A DNA stretch of 64,000 bases from positions 6,021-70,020 of the forward strand of contig CAZSUC010000001.1 in assembly GCA_964610055.1 (NCBI GenBank), written 5' to 3'. Positions 27,665-37,254 of this stretch are shown here, piece after piece. The notes under the pieces are model-generated. The model did no database searches. It was not told the origin of the DNA and saw only the letters and a program-made list of their open reading frames with translations. Source of the DNA: an uncultured Candidatus Saccharibacteria bacterium (GTDB lineage: Bacteria; Patescibacteriota; Andersenbacteria; UBA10190). A program made the position numbers and the translations under genes. Each line of letters starts with the position of its first letter. The first letter of the stretch is position 1.

Positions 27665-29155
27665 CTACTGCACACCTGTTTTATAAATCCAAACAAAATC
27701 TACTCCGTTAAAAGAAATAACTTTCTCTGGTTTTTTATCCTGGAAATAGTTCAACACATCTGTCTCCCAGGCATCCGGTCCACGCTCCATCATTGCCCTG
27801 TAAACCACAACATAATCAACTTCTGCCTCATCGTACCTATTTGCCGACACGGTATCGCCGTCAAACTTTGCCTCAAATTCATGAGGATAATATGAAGCAG
27901 CTACCAAATTTGCAGCGTCTTGTTTCTGATTTAAATACGCCGCCGCTAAATCAAGTCCCTCCCCCCAACCAGCTCGCCTCTCCCCAAACCATTGTTTTGT
28001 CACCGGATTTACGTATGCCAACACATGTGGATGTAATTGCACAATCATACATTCTTGCCAAATCGCTGCTATCAGTAACAACCCAACCACAGTTCTCGGC
28101 CCAATTGATTTCTTATATTGCTTAATAATTTCCAACAACCATACTGCACCCGCTGCCGCTATCAGATCCATCAATAAAAACGCAGATAATATATATCGAT
28201 CCCCCTTCTTTACCGACCAAGACATTATTAAAACTAGAGCAATTGCCGATAACAGCCACAAAGCAATGTGCTGCAAATAATTTAAATATTTCTTCTTATA
28301 CACAGTGGTCACCAACATCGCCATTACTAAAATTAAACCAATCAACTGCACTGGCGTGGAAAAGAAAACTAGCGTTCTTAGGTAATAATACGGCCCCATA
28401 TTATGCATCAAATTAAAAGCATCTCCGCCAAAGAATTCACGCACTTTATCAACCACTCCCCCAAAATTCACCCCAATTGATGGCAAAATTAATACCGAAC
28501 TCACAACAAAAGCAACCAACCATAATGCAATTTGCTTTATAAAATCACGCCAATATTTGGCACTTTTTAGTTCCGATAAAGAATAATTATGAAATACCAA
28601 AAACAGGCCCGTTATCGGAACCAGTAAAATTCCAGGCATTTTTGATAAAACCGCAGCCGCAGCCGTTGCTCCCGCCAATAAAAGATATCTGTTCTCTCGT
28701 GTCTTATGCCAAAGCAAAAGCAGGCTTAACGACAACACAAAAAACAAAGCCAATAATGCTTCCATCTCATAGATACGCATATGCGCATACAGCAGCGGAT
28801 CAACAATTAGAAAAAACATACTCATTAATCCCCCCGCTCTCCCCCATAATCTGTACAAAACATACCAAATAAACAACAAAATAATTATTTGTCCCCAGAC
28901 CAATGGCACTTTTTTTATGCCCCAATCATCAAAACGAACCGCTAACATGCCCAGCCATTGCATTGTAATCGCCGGATGCGCTTCGCTTACCAAATGCCCC
29001 CAATCGCCCGTCGCTAATTTAGTCGTAAAATATTCCGTATGGCTAATCCATATTTTTTCATCTGCCGCCCGAAAAGCATCTAATTGCAAAACTCTCGGCA
29101 CAACCGCCAGGATCACTAAGCCGATTATTAGTCCATACCAAACAATTCTCTGCAT
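27665..29155 (-). CDS. GT-C fold membrane glycosyltransferase (GT39-like)
   Basis: R......ADE..W, HP, multiple TMs, KKGDRY, GWGEGL..AA.YLN. Confidence 0.85.
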   Translation of the reverse strand: MQRIVWYGLIIGLVILAVVPRVLQLDAFRAADEKIWISHTEYFTTKLATGDWGHLVSEAHPAITMQWLGMLAVRFDDWGIKKVPLVWGQIIILLFIWYVLYRLWGRAGGLMSMFFLIVDPLLYAHMRIYEMEALLALFFVLSLSLLLLWHKTRENRYLLLAGATAAAAVLSKMPGILLVPITGLFLVFHNYSLSELKSAKYWRDFIKQIALWLVAFVVSSVLILPSIGVNFGGVVDKVREFFGGDAFNLMHNMGPYYYLRTLVFFSTPVQLIGLILVMAMLVTTVYKKKYLNYLQHIALWLLSAIALVLIMSWSVKKGDRYILSAFLLMDLIAAAGAVWLLEIIKQYKKSIGPRTVVGLLLIAAIWQECMIVQLHPHVLAYVNPVTKQWFGERRAGWGEGLDLAAAYLNQKQDAANLVAASYYPHEFEAKFDGDTVSANRYDEAEVDYVVVYRAMMERGPDAWETDVLNYFQDKKPEKVISFNGVDFVWIYKTGVQ

Positions 29156-29185
29156 ATAAACCTAAATTATATTACTATCTATAAC

Positions 29186-29587
29186 ATGCAGCGTACGGCA
29201 TTATGGGAATTTTTGGTATTAAGCCTATTATTGGCACTTTTTATCTGCTTGTTATTACCAGCCGCGCAATACTCTCGTCGAAAATATCGCGACGACATAC
29301 GCATCCAACAATTAGCCGAACTAAAAACATCACTTGAACAATATAATAATAAATACGAAATGTATCCGCTTAACTATCCTGATACATCTTTTCAATACAT
29401 TATTACCGAAGAAAACGGCATCAGTGCCATCAGCTGGTTTATCCGCACCCCTTTAGAAAACTCTTATTCCACCAAAATTGATTTTGATGAAGAAGCTGGC
29501 CGCAATTATCTTTATCGCATTATTAGATTAGAGAATAAAACCTTTTACGACATCGCCGGCGGTAACGAAACCTTCGATACCGAATAA
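29186..29587 (+). CDS. pilin/GspG-like protein
   Basis: LWEFLV hydrophobic helix followed by RDDIR...L.ELK.SLEQY.N....YP. Confidence 0.65.
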   Translation: MQRTALWEFLVLSLLLALFICLLLPAAQYSRRKYRDDIRIQQLAELKTSLEQYNNKYEMYPLNYPDTSFQYIITEENGISAISWFIRTPLENSYSTKIDFDEEAGRNYLYRIIRLENKTFYDIAGGNETFDTE

Positions 29588-29601
29588 ATAAAAACAACAA
29601 A
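29572..29601 (+). repeat. 30-bp direct repeat, left copy (includes the last codons and stop of the pilin-like gene)
   Basis: cttcgataccgaataaataaaaacaacaaa, identical at 30295-30324. Confidence 0.95.
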
Positions 29602-29646
29602 AAAGCCTCTCTGATTTGATGCAATGATGCAAAGAATCAAAGAGGC
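29590..29646 (-). terminator. terminator of the inserted minus-strand gene
   Basis: GCCTCT..TGATT...AATCA..AGAGGC hairpin followed by TTTTTTGTTGTTTTT on the minus strand. Confidence 0.65.
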
Positions 29647-29675
29647 AAAGGGTCGAAGGGCAAAAGCACAAACCT

Positions 29676-30077
29676 CTAAGCGACAGCAGTCGCAGAGAAG
29701 ACACGGCTCCCAGCATTCTGCGCACCTTCGCGAAGCCGCATAATCAAAACCCATTTGCAAAGATCAGGGTTCAGTGTGACACAGATGACGCAGAGAGGAA
29801 CGACCCGGCCACCAGTGATATTAACATAGAATATGTTAACACGACCGTCGTTGAGTAAATCACCTTCCGTGTCGCCTGACCGACGTTTCATCATGTCATA
29901 CAGAAAAGCATAAAAGTCGGCCCCAGCTTGAAACACGTGCCCCACGGGCAACCCAGCACGAATCTCTGCATCACACGAATCCCGCGATAGAGTGTAAGTC
30001 CCGTGCACGTTACCATCTCCTTTAAATTTGCGAGCAGTGTATGAGAAAACAACAAGTTTACGATACCAACACGTACC
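29676..30077 (-). pseudogene. decayed gene resembling CPR DGR-target/C-type-lectin-fold proteins
   Basis: Open frame 30077-29676 with no ATG in its 5' part, bounded upstream by an in-frame TAA: DAEIRAGLPVGHVF...GDLLNDGRVNIFYV...KW...AGSRVFS; family recognised from memory only. Confidence 0.5.
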
Positions 30078-30294
30078 TTAGGGAACTTCTCGCACAGTAC
30101 TGTGATTACAATGTTATGTCAACCTGTCGCACTAGAAAGAAACGAGACGCAAAGTCGAGTTGATGAGAATGAGTGCTTTCGTTTTTAAAGGACTCACCTG
30201 ACCACACGCTTGCGTAAGCCATGACCGACGCAACTCTGGTGACCAATCGGTTCAAAGCTCCTTGCCCAAGCCGTAACCGAGGCAATATCGAAAG

Positions 30295-30324
30295 CTTCGA
30301 TACCGAATAAATAAAAACAACAAA
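30295..30324 (+). repeat. 30-bp direct repeat, right copy
   Basis: Identical to 29572-29601 (offset 723). Confidence 0.95.
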
Positions 30325-30421
30325 CAACATATCACTCCAAAATTACTTTATTGTCAAATTAATTAACACATGATATGTTCAAAACCATGATATACGCCCT
30401 TAACAGTCTTAATTAGCCTCT

Positions 30422-31504
30422 ATGTCACTCCAGATTGGCATCGTCGGCCTTCCTAACGTTGGCAAATCAACCCTCTTTAATGCTCTTACTAAGCAAGCAG
30501 CCGCTAGCGCTAATTTTCCGTTCACTACTATTGAACCTAACGTCGGTATTGTTCCCGTCCCTGATGAACGTCTTCAAGCTCTTTCCGATCTTTCTCAATC
30601 CGCCAAAATCACTCCAACCACCATTGAATTTGTCGACATTGCCGGCTTAGTTAAAAACGCTCATGCCGGCGAAGGATTGGGTAATAAATTTCTCTCCCAT
30701 ATTCGCGAAGTTGACGCCATCGTCCATGTCATCCGCTTTTTTGACGATCCCAATGTCACTCATGTCGATAATAAAATCGATCCTATCGCCGACGCTGCCA
30801 CCATTGAAACCGAACTAGCTTTAGCCGACCTGGAAACTATTGACCGGCTTATTAAAAAAGCCGAGGAAGATGTTAAACGACAAGACAAAACCGCCCCGCT
30901 CCGTCTCCAAGCTCTCACTCGCTTTCATGCGGCGCTCAGCCAGGGTCAGCAAGCTCGCACCGTTACCCTAACTGAAACGGAAGCCGAGACTGTCGGCTCT
31001 CTCCCTTTATTAACGCTCAAACCCACCCTTTACGTCGCTAATGTCAACGAATCGCAAATATCTCAAACCGACCAGCTCATTGCCGATTTTTCCCAGCAAT
31101 ACGCTCCTGTCCTTCCTCTTTCTGTTAAAATTGAACAAGAGCTAATCGGACTGCCCGACACCGAAAGAGATACTTTCCTCCAAGAATATGGACTACATGA
31201 AACCGGTCTCAACCGCCTTATTAAAGCCGGTTACGAGCTTTTAGGCCTGATTACTTTCCTAACCACTGGAGAGACTGAGAGTCGTGCTTGGACTATTACC
31301 AAAGGCAGCACTGCTCCCCAAGCCGCCGGTAAAATCCACACTGATATGGAACGCGGATTCATTCGAGCCGAAACTGTAGCCTACACCGACCTTGTGACAG
31401 CCGGCTCCTATGCCGCTGCTCGCGCCGCCGGTAAAATCCGCGATGAAGGCAAAAATTACCTCGTCCAAGACGGGGACGTCATGATCTTCAAATTCTCCGT
31501 TTAA
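30422..31504 (+). CDS. ychF: redox-regulated ATPase YchF
   Basis: GIVGLPNVGKSTLFNALT, ANFPFTTIEPN, DIAGLV, GEGLGNKFL, AGKIHTD..RGFIRAE. Confidence 0.98.
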   Translation: MSLQIGIVGLPNVGKSTLFNALTKQAAASANFPFTTIEPNVGIVPVPDERLQALSDLSQSAKITPTTIEFVDIAGLVKNAHAGEGLGNKFLSHIREVDAIVHVIRFFDDPNVTHVDNKIDPIADAATIETELALADLETIDRLIKKAEEDVKRQDKTAPLRLQALTRFHAALSQGQQARTVTLTETEAETVGSLPLLTLKPTLYVANVNESQISQTDQLIADFSQQYAPVLPLSVKIEQELIGLPDTERDTFLQEYGLHETGLNRLIKAGYELLGLITFLTTGETESRAWTITKGSTAPQAAGKIHTDMERGFIRAETVAYTDLVTAGSYAAARAAGKIRDEGKNYLVQDGDVMIFKFSV

Positions 31505-31545
31505 TATTTGCATAATCGAACATAATCCAGTACAATTCCGGCACC

Positions 31546-31983
31546 ATGAATGAATACGAAATCACCTATATTTCCAGCCCTAGCCTCTCCGAAGACGATC
31601 GCGGAGCCGTCGATTTAGCCATCGATACTACAATTGATCATCTTGAGGGTCGAATCAGCTACAACTCAACCCCGACTCGTCGTCGTCTCGCTTATCCGGT
31701 CAAGAAGCAAGCTATTGGCTTTTTACGCACCGTCCAAGCCTCTTTAGAGCCCAATCAAATTGAAAATTTACGCAATGAACTCAAGAAGAATAAGGGCGTT
31801 ATTCGCTTTAGTATTTTACAAACCTCTCGCCGCGAAGAAGTCTCGCCTGCCATTCTTGACCGCACCGCTAAAGAACAAACCGCTCCTAAAAAAGTTTCCA
31901 AGAACCAAGAATCAGCCAAAGAAGTCACCATGAGCGAAGTTGAAAGCCAAATTGAAAAAGCCTTAGAAGAAGAGGTAAAGTAA
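31546..31983 (+). CDS. rpsF: 30S ribosomal protein S6
   Basis: YEITYI, RRLAYPVKK, rpsF-ssb-rpsR synteny. Confidence 0.92.
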   Translation: MNEYEITYISSPSLSEDDRGAVDLAIDTTIDHLEGRISYNSTPTRRRLAYPVKKQAIGFLRTVQASLEPNQIENLRNELKKNKGVIRFSILQTSRREEVSPAILDRTAKEQTAPKKVSKNQESAKEVTMSEVESQIEKALEEEVK

Positions 31984-31987
31984 ACTT

Positions 31988-32461
31988 ATGGATCTAAATA
32001 AAGTTATGTTAATTGGCCGCTTGACTCGAGACCCAGAGTCAAGAACCACTCCTCAAGGAGTTACTGTTGTTAATTTTGGTCTCGCCACTAATCGCGTTTG
32101 GAAAGATGATCAAGGTAATCAACGCGACATGACTGAATATCACAACATTGTTGCCTGGCGTAAACTAGGTGAAATTTGTGCTCAGTATTTATCCAAAGGC
32201 CGTCAAATTTATATCGAAGGCCATTTGCAAACTCGTTCTTGGGATGGACAGGACGGTAAGAAAAATTATCGCACTGAAGTAGTTGCTGACAACATGATTA
32301 TGCTTGGTAGCCGCTCTGATAATAGTGCCCCTACCTATTCTGCTCCTGCCCCTCAAGCAGCTCCATCTTCTCCTTCTGAAACACCTTTGCCTCCTCAAGA
32401 ATCAGCTCCTTCCGCTCCCGCCAGTGACGAAGAAATTAGAATTGAAGATATTCCTTTTTAA
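31988..32461 (+). CDS. ssb: single-stranded DNA-binding protein
   Basis: NKVMLIGRLTRDPE, KGRQIYIEG.L.TRSW, C-terminal EDIPF. Confidence 0.98.
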   Translation: MDLNKVMLIGRLTRDPESRTTPQGVTVVNFGLATNRVWKDDQGNQRDMTEYHNIVAWRKLGEICAQYLSKGRQIYIEGHLQTRSWDGQDGKKNYRTEVVADNMIMLGSRSDNSAPTYSAPAPQAAPSSPSETPLPPQESAPSAPASDEEIRIEDIPF

Positions 32462-32471
32462 CTACTTAATC

Positions 32472-32693
32472 ATGCCTATCAAGAAACAATCTAACACCGT
32501 TTGCCTGTTTTGCGCCGAAGGCGTTAAGCAAGTCACCTTACGAGACACCGAAGTTCTGCGCCGCTTCACCAGCAGCCAAAACAAAATCTTGCCTCGCAAA
32601 AAAACTGGTTCTTGTGCCAAGCACCAACGTCAAATTGCTCGCGAAATCAAACGTGCCCGTGAAATGGGGCTCTTGGCTTATCGCGGCCAATAG
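32472..32693 (+). CDS. rpsR: 30S ribosomal protein S18 (Zn-binding type)
   Basis: From ATG 32472: CLFC...L.RF.S...KILPRKKTGSCAKHQR.I...IKRAR.MGLL. Confidence 0.95.
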   Translation: MPIKKQSNTVCLFCAEGVKQVTLRDTEVLRRFTSSQNKILPRKKTGSCAKHQRQIAREIKRAREMGLLAYRGQ

Positions 32694-33026
32694 TTGACCG
32701 ATAAACGGAAAAATTTTATCCCCCGTAACGAAGGCTTCCTCTGTGAAGCCTGCGGCTTTTTAGTTCCTCCCGCCACCGGAACATTTCGGAATCACTGCCC
32801 TCAATGCCTCGCCTCAAAACACGTTGACGACTTAATTCCTGGCGATCGCGCCTCTCACTGCCACGGCCTAATGCCAGCCATTAGCTATGAAGGCACCGAC
32901 ACCGCCAAGCTTGATTTAATTCATCGCTGCTGCATTTGCGGCAAGACCATACGCAACCGTATCGCCCTCGATGACAACCTCGCTCAAATTATGCAGCTTT
33001 CCCCATCCCCACCAAGCATACGTTAA
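32694..33026 (+). CDS. RNHCP domain Zn-binding protein
   Basis: F.C..CG..V, RNHCPQCL.SKHVD, PGDR...C, HRC..CG. Confidence 0.9.
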   Translation: MTDKRKNFIPRNEGFLCEACGFLVPPATGTFRNHCPQCLASKHVDDLIPGDRASHCHGLMPAISYEGTDTAKLDLIHRCCICGKTIRNRIALDDNLAQIMQLSPSPPSIR

Positions 33027-33125
33027 CAACACCACTCCGATTACCAACAAGATCACGCCGGCTACTTTTGGCCACCACTTACTCTTTGGAGCAGCTACAG
33101 TATTTCGTTCTGACTGATCAAACAT
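32916..33125 (-). CDS. small single-TM protein downstream of recA
   Basis: ATG 7 nt after the recA stop: MFDQSERNTVAAPKSKWWPKVAGVILLVIGVVLLTYAWWG...; overlaps the RNHCP gene on the opposite strand. Confidence 0.45.
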   Translation of the reverse strand: MFDQSERNTVAAPKSKWWPKVAGVILLVIGVVLLTYAWWGWGKLHNLSEVVIEGDTVAYGLAANAAAMN

Positions 33126-33132
33126 ATTTATA

Positions 33133-34161
33133 TTAATCAGCTTTCTCTTCTTCTTCAGCCGCTTTCCAAATTTCTTTATCAATCTCAGCTGCCAACTTTT
33201 TATCTTCTCGCAAAGCTGCTTTTGCCGCTTCCCGGCCTTGTCCTAATTTTTTATCTTTATATGCCAGCCAACTCCCCGACTTCTCAACAATCTTATATTT
33301 TATTCCTTGATCAACCAAATCACCTTCGTAGCTAATTCCCTCGTTATACATAATATCAAACTCAGCCACCTTGAATGGCGGCGCTACTTTATTTTTCACA
33401 ACTTTCGCATACACTCGGTTTCCAATAATTTTTTCCCCTATCTTGATATTCGCCCGTCGTCGCACCTCAATCCGTACTGAAGCATAAAACTTCAATGCTT
33501 TTCCACCCGTCGTCGTTTCCGGATTACCAAACATTACCCCAATTTGCATCCGAATCTGGTTAATAAAAATAACTGTCGTATTAGTTTTAGCTGTAATTCC
33601 GGTTAATTTACGTAACGCTTGCGACATTAATCGCGCTTGTAACCCCATGTGAGAATCCCCCATGTCACCCTCAATTTCCGCTCGTGGCGTCAATGCCGCC
33701 ACTGAATCAACCACAATCAGACTAACTGCCCCGGATTGTACCAACGTCTCGACAATCTCTAACGCCTGCTCTCCGTTATCGGGCTGACTAATTAATAATT
33801 TATCAATGTCCACCCCAACTCGACGAGCATACTGCGGATCCAACGCATGTTCAGCGTCAACATATGCTACTGTACCACCTTTTTTCTGCGCATTTGCCGA
33901 AATATGCAGCGCTAACGTAGATTTACCACTTGATTCCGGTCCGTAAACTTCAATAATTCTACCGCGCGGCACCCCTTTAATTCCTAATGCCAAATCTAAT
34001 GATACCGAGCCAGTTGCAATGGAATCAATATCCACCTTTCGTGCTTGTCCTAACATCATAATAGCACCCTCTCCAAATCTCTCCTTAATCGAATCCACCG
34101 CCGCCATTACTGCTTCTTGACTCATATCATTTTTTTCTGTTTTCACGTTTTGTTTAGCCAT
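33133..34161 (-). CDS. recA: recombinase RecA
   Basis: [52 protein letters not shown]. Confidence 0.99.
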   Translation of the reverse strand: MAKQNVKTEKNDMSQEAVMAAVDSIKERFGEGAIMMLGQARKVDIDSIATGSVSLDLALGIKGVPRGRIIEVYGPESSGKSTLALHISANAQKKGGTVAYVDAEHALDPQYARRVGVDIDKLLISQPDNGEQALEIVETLVQSGAVSLIVVDSVAALTPRAEIEGDMGDSHMGLQARLMSQALRKLTGITAKTNTTVIFINQIRMQIGVMFGNPETTTGGKALKFYASVRIEVRRRANIKIGEKIIGNRVYAKVVKNKVAPPFKVAEFDIMYNEGISYEGDLVDQGIKYKIVEKSGSWLAYKDKKLGQGREAAKAALREDKKLAAEIDKEIWKAAEEEEKAD

Positions 34162-34228
34162 AGAGAAAAATATGTGTTAAATAACCCATCGCTTTACCAT
34201 ACCTCGCTTAGAAACGTACATCAATGCT

Positions 34229-34891
34229 TTATCGCGGCACCAATACATCTTTTTGAATAACTTTTGACCGCCCGGCCGCATTAGTCGCTTGCACTCTTAC
34301 AACATTTACTCCTTCGTGCACATATAGATTCGTTTCAAACGTTCCTGCTTGCGTTAATAAGACTTGTTCTCCGTTAACTGTAATCTCTGCGTCTTCAGCC
34401 GCCGTGCCAGCAACCCTAACCACGTCATCGCTTAACACCACGCTTTCTGGCGAATTAACCGCTAAAGCCGGCAATCGCACAAACGATGCTACCTGCCACG
34501 CCACATACCCACCAACTACAAAAGCTAACGCTCCTAACCCAAGCGCTAAAAACAACCGCGGCGTTGCCACTGCTTCCAACCACGGTCTTGGAGTATGTAC
34601 CCGTAACGGCACTAATTCTCTTGCCCCTGACAGAGTACGTTGAAACGCTCGATTATATGATTCCGCTGCCACTCCTAAAAAAGTCGCGTACTTTCGAAAC
34701 GCTCCTCGCGCATAAATTTCCGCCGGAAAAACACTTAAATTACCTTCCTCTAACGCTCGTAAATGCTTAGCCGGAATATGCAACTGAGTTGCTGCGTCCT
34801 CTAACAGCAAACCTTGCCGACATCGAGCTTCTTCTAAAACACGCCCGACTGTTCTATCCGGACGCGTCCGGCACGGTCGAGCTCCTACCAT
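34229..34891 (-). CDS. RodZ-like HTH-TM protein with an Ig-like C-terminus
   Basis: G..L.EAR...G.......LHI....LRALEEG......EIYARG..RKYA.FLG, TM, downstream of ftsK. Confidence 0.8.
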   Translation of the reverse strand: MVGARPCRTRPDRTVGRVLEEARCRQGLLLEDAATQLHIPAKHLRALEEGNLSVFPAEIYARGAFRKYATFLGVAAESYNRAFQRTLSGARELVPLRVHTPRPWLEAVATPRLFLALGLGALAFVVGGYVAWQVASFVRLPALAVNSPESVVLSDDVVRVAGTAAEDAEITVNGEQVLLTQAGTFETNLYVHEGVNVVRVQATNAAGRSKVIQKDVLVPR

Positions 34892-37140
34892 GGTTGCCCT
34901 GTCTCCTGTTTGCCAGGCTCCGTTTCATCTGGCGACAATTGCTCTTGCCGATCAAAACCTGCTTCTAAATTACCAATAACTTCTCGGGGCTTATTGCCTT
35001 TAGCCGGCCCAATGATTCCTTCTTCTTCCAACATATCTAAAATCCGCGCTGCTCGTGCATACCCCACTCGTAATCTGCGCTGCAACAAACTCGCGCTTAC
35101 TTTACCCGCATCGTAAGCCACTCGCTTGGCCTCTTCAAACAAGGGATCATCGGCTGACTCTCCTGTACCACTCGATTCCCCTCCTACCTCATGCACTGCG
35201 GTAATTGATTCAGCTGCAACATATTGATCAGCCTCATTATTCTCCTCCACAAACTGTACTACTGCCCTAACTTCTTCTTCGGAAATATATCCTCCTTGTA
35301 AGCGTCGCGGCTTAGTGTTATCTGTTGCTAAAAATAACATATCACCAGTCCCTAATAATTTTTCTGCCCCACCCATATCTAAAATAGTACGAGAATCCAC
35401 TTGCGACGCCACCTTAAATGCAATTCGAGCCGGTACGTTCGCTTTAATTAACCCAGTAATAACATTCACTGACGGTCGCTGCGTCGCTAAAATCAAATGA
35501 ATCCCAACCGCTCGCGCTAACTGCGCCAATCTTACAATTGGCCCCTCAACTTCTCTTCCATGTTTTGCCATCAAATCAGCTAACTCATCAATCACAATTA
35601 CAATAAATGGCTGTGCATTATCCGGATGATTGAAATTATACGAGACCAAATTTCGCGACCCAGTCTCCTCTAACATCCGATATCGTTTATCCATCTCACT
35701 AATTGCCCATTTCAAAGCATTTAGAGTCTTTCCGGGATCAGTAATGACATTTTGCCCCCACAAATGCGGTATCCCATTATACGCCGTTAACTCGACTCGT
35801 TTCGGATCAACTAGTACTAATCGCAACAAGGATGGCGAATTACGAAAAATTAATGACATTAAGATCGTATGAATACACACCGATTTTCCTGAATTAGTTG
35901 CCCCCGCAATCAACAAGTGAGGCATCCGATCCAGTTCCGCAGTTACTGCCGAACCAGTTACATCTTTACCAAGCGCCAACATCAGTGGAGACTCGGAACG
36001 CTTAACTTCTTTAGATGACAATAAGCTGTGCAATCTAACCAAAGCTACTTCCTTATTCGGTATCTCAATCCCTACTAAATCAGTATTTGGTATCGGCGCT
36101 TCAATACGTACTGGATGTGCCCGTAAAGCTCGTGCTAAATCATTTTGCAACGCCGTAATTTGTGACAGCCGTACTCCCTCATCCGGACGCAACGTATATT
36201 GAGTTACTGTTGGCCCCACTTTCGCCTTTCCCATTGTCACCGTAATACCAAAATTTTCCAGAGTTTTCGCAATAATCTCTTTATTACCTTCCACATCCCC
36301 ACCTTCTGGTTGTCGACTCGTTGATAATAATAAGTCCAAAGAAGGCGGATGATATTCTCTATTCGCCTGCTTTAATTGTTTACGCCGCATTTCTTCTTGT
36401 TGTTTTTCTTGTTGCGCCTGCTGCTCTAATTTTGCCTGATCAGGATCTGGGGTTACTGGTTTCGCAATCGGCGTTAAATGGAATCTTGGCAAAACTCCTC
36501 CTGCCGGCCTTGACTCCGTCTCCTCGCGATCTCCGTCTTCCTCGCTTTCGTCTTCACTATCTGCCGAAGCTGAACCAGGAACTAATCCTTTAATCCATCT
36601 CCCTACATCAGACGGAGAAACATCAAAGCCAATGCATACACCAATCAAACTCGCGGCTATAAATATCAGTCCGGACATTAACGGCGAAAGCGCTAAACTT
36701 AACGGATAGCTCAACAAAAAGCCCAGAAAACCTCCGCCACCGCCCTCGTAAGCCACCTGCAACGACTCATCTACCGGTCCCCCAATTAAATGTAACCCAC
36801 CCAACAGTCCTACAAATACTAAAATAAAACCGGCTAAACGAGTGCGAGTTAACGCTTCTTGAGCTGGCCTCACTAATCGATAGCCTATCCACATCACCAC
36901 CACCGGCATCACATAAGCTAACCATCCAAATATTTTTTGCCAAACCAATAACAATCCGTCCCCTAACTTACCTGACTGTCCAAAAAAGCTAAATACCGTA
37001 ATTATTGCCAGCGTAATCAGTAAAACACCGGTAACAGCCCGTTTTGTCTCTGGTTTCAGCCAACTCACTGGCGAAGGAGCCGCCTGCGGCCGCCGGTTAT
37101 GACGTCGTTGTTTCTTTCCCCCAAAAGGATTTAATTTCAT
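34885..37140 (-). CDS. ftsK: DNA translocase FtsK/SpoIIIE
   Basis: N-terminal TMs, MPHLLIAGATNSGKS, IDELADLM, ATQRPSV, gamma domain SASLLQRRLRVGYARAAR. Confidence 0.98.
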   Translation of the reverse strand: MKLNPFGGKKQRRHNRRPQAAPSPVSWLKPETKRAVTGVLLITLAIITVFSFFGQSGKLGDGLLLVWQKIFGWLAYVMPVVVMWIGYRLVRPAQEALTRTRLAGFILVFVGLLGGLHLIGGPVDESLQVAYEGGGGGFLGFLLSYPLSLALSPLMSGLIFIAASLIGVCIGFDVSPSDVGRWIKGLVPGSASADSEDESEEDGDREETESRPAGGVLPRFHLTPIAKPVTPDPDQAKLEQQAQQEKQQEEMRRKQLKQANREYHPPSLDLLLSTSRQPEGGDVEGNKEIIAKTLENFGITVTMGKAKVGPTVTQYTLRPDEGVRLSQITALQNDLARALRAHPVRIEAPIPNTDLVGIEIPNKEVALVRLHSLLSSKEVKRSESPLMLALGKDVTGSAVTAELDRMPHLLIAGATNSGKSVCIHTILMSLIFRNSPSLLRLVLVDPKRVELTAYNGIPHLWGQNVITDPGKTLNALKWAISEMDKRYRMLEETGSRNLVSYNFNHPDNAQPFIVIVIDELADLMAKHGREVEGPIVRLAQLARAVGIHLILATQRPSVNVITGLIKANVPARIAFKVASQVDSRTILDMGGAEKLLGTGDMLFLATDNTKPRRLQGGYISEEEVRAVVQFVEENNEADQYVAAESITAVHEVGGESSGTGESADDPLFEEAKRVAYDAGKVSASLLQRRLRVGYARAARILDMLEEEGIIGPAKGNKPREVIGNLEAGFDRQEQLSPDETEPGKQETGQPW

Positions 37141-37191
37141 GCTGCTTGCCCAAAATCAATGAGTGTTATGCCATTATAGCCTGTTTTTCTC

Positions 37192-37230
37192 CTAAAAGTT
37201 AAGCGGCTATTTAACTTAGCCGCTTAACTT
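37192..37230 (-). terminator. rpoBC terminator
   Basis: Perfect 14-bp inverted repeat AAGTTAAGCGGCTA/TAGCCGCTTAACTT (37196-37230). Confidence 0.8.
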
Positions 37231-37254
37231 CGTATCACTGACTTTTACTGAGTT

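Noticed and set aside
29602-30294. Complete DGR, IS element or integron at the repeat-bounded insert
   Set aside because: No reverse transcriptase, template repeat, transposase or integrase in the window, and the palindromes lack clear attC RYYYAAC/GTTRRRY ends
30106-30330. 74-aa minus ORF starting across the right repeat
   Set aside because: No recognisable motif and it begins in the repeat; it may be the frameshifted 5' part of the decayed gene but cannot be supported alone
32304-32471. Long N-terminal extension of rpsR in the ORF track
   Set aside because: It overlaps ssb out of frame; S18 homology starts at ATG 32472
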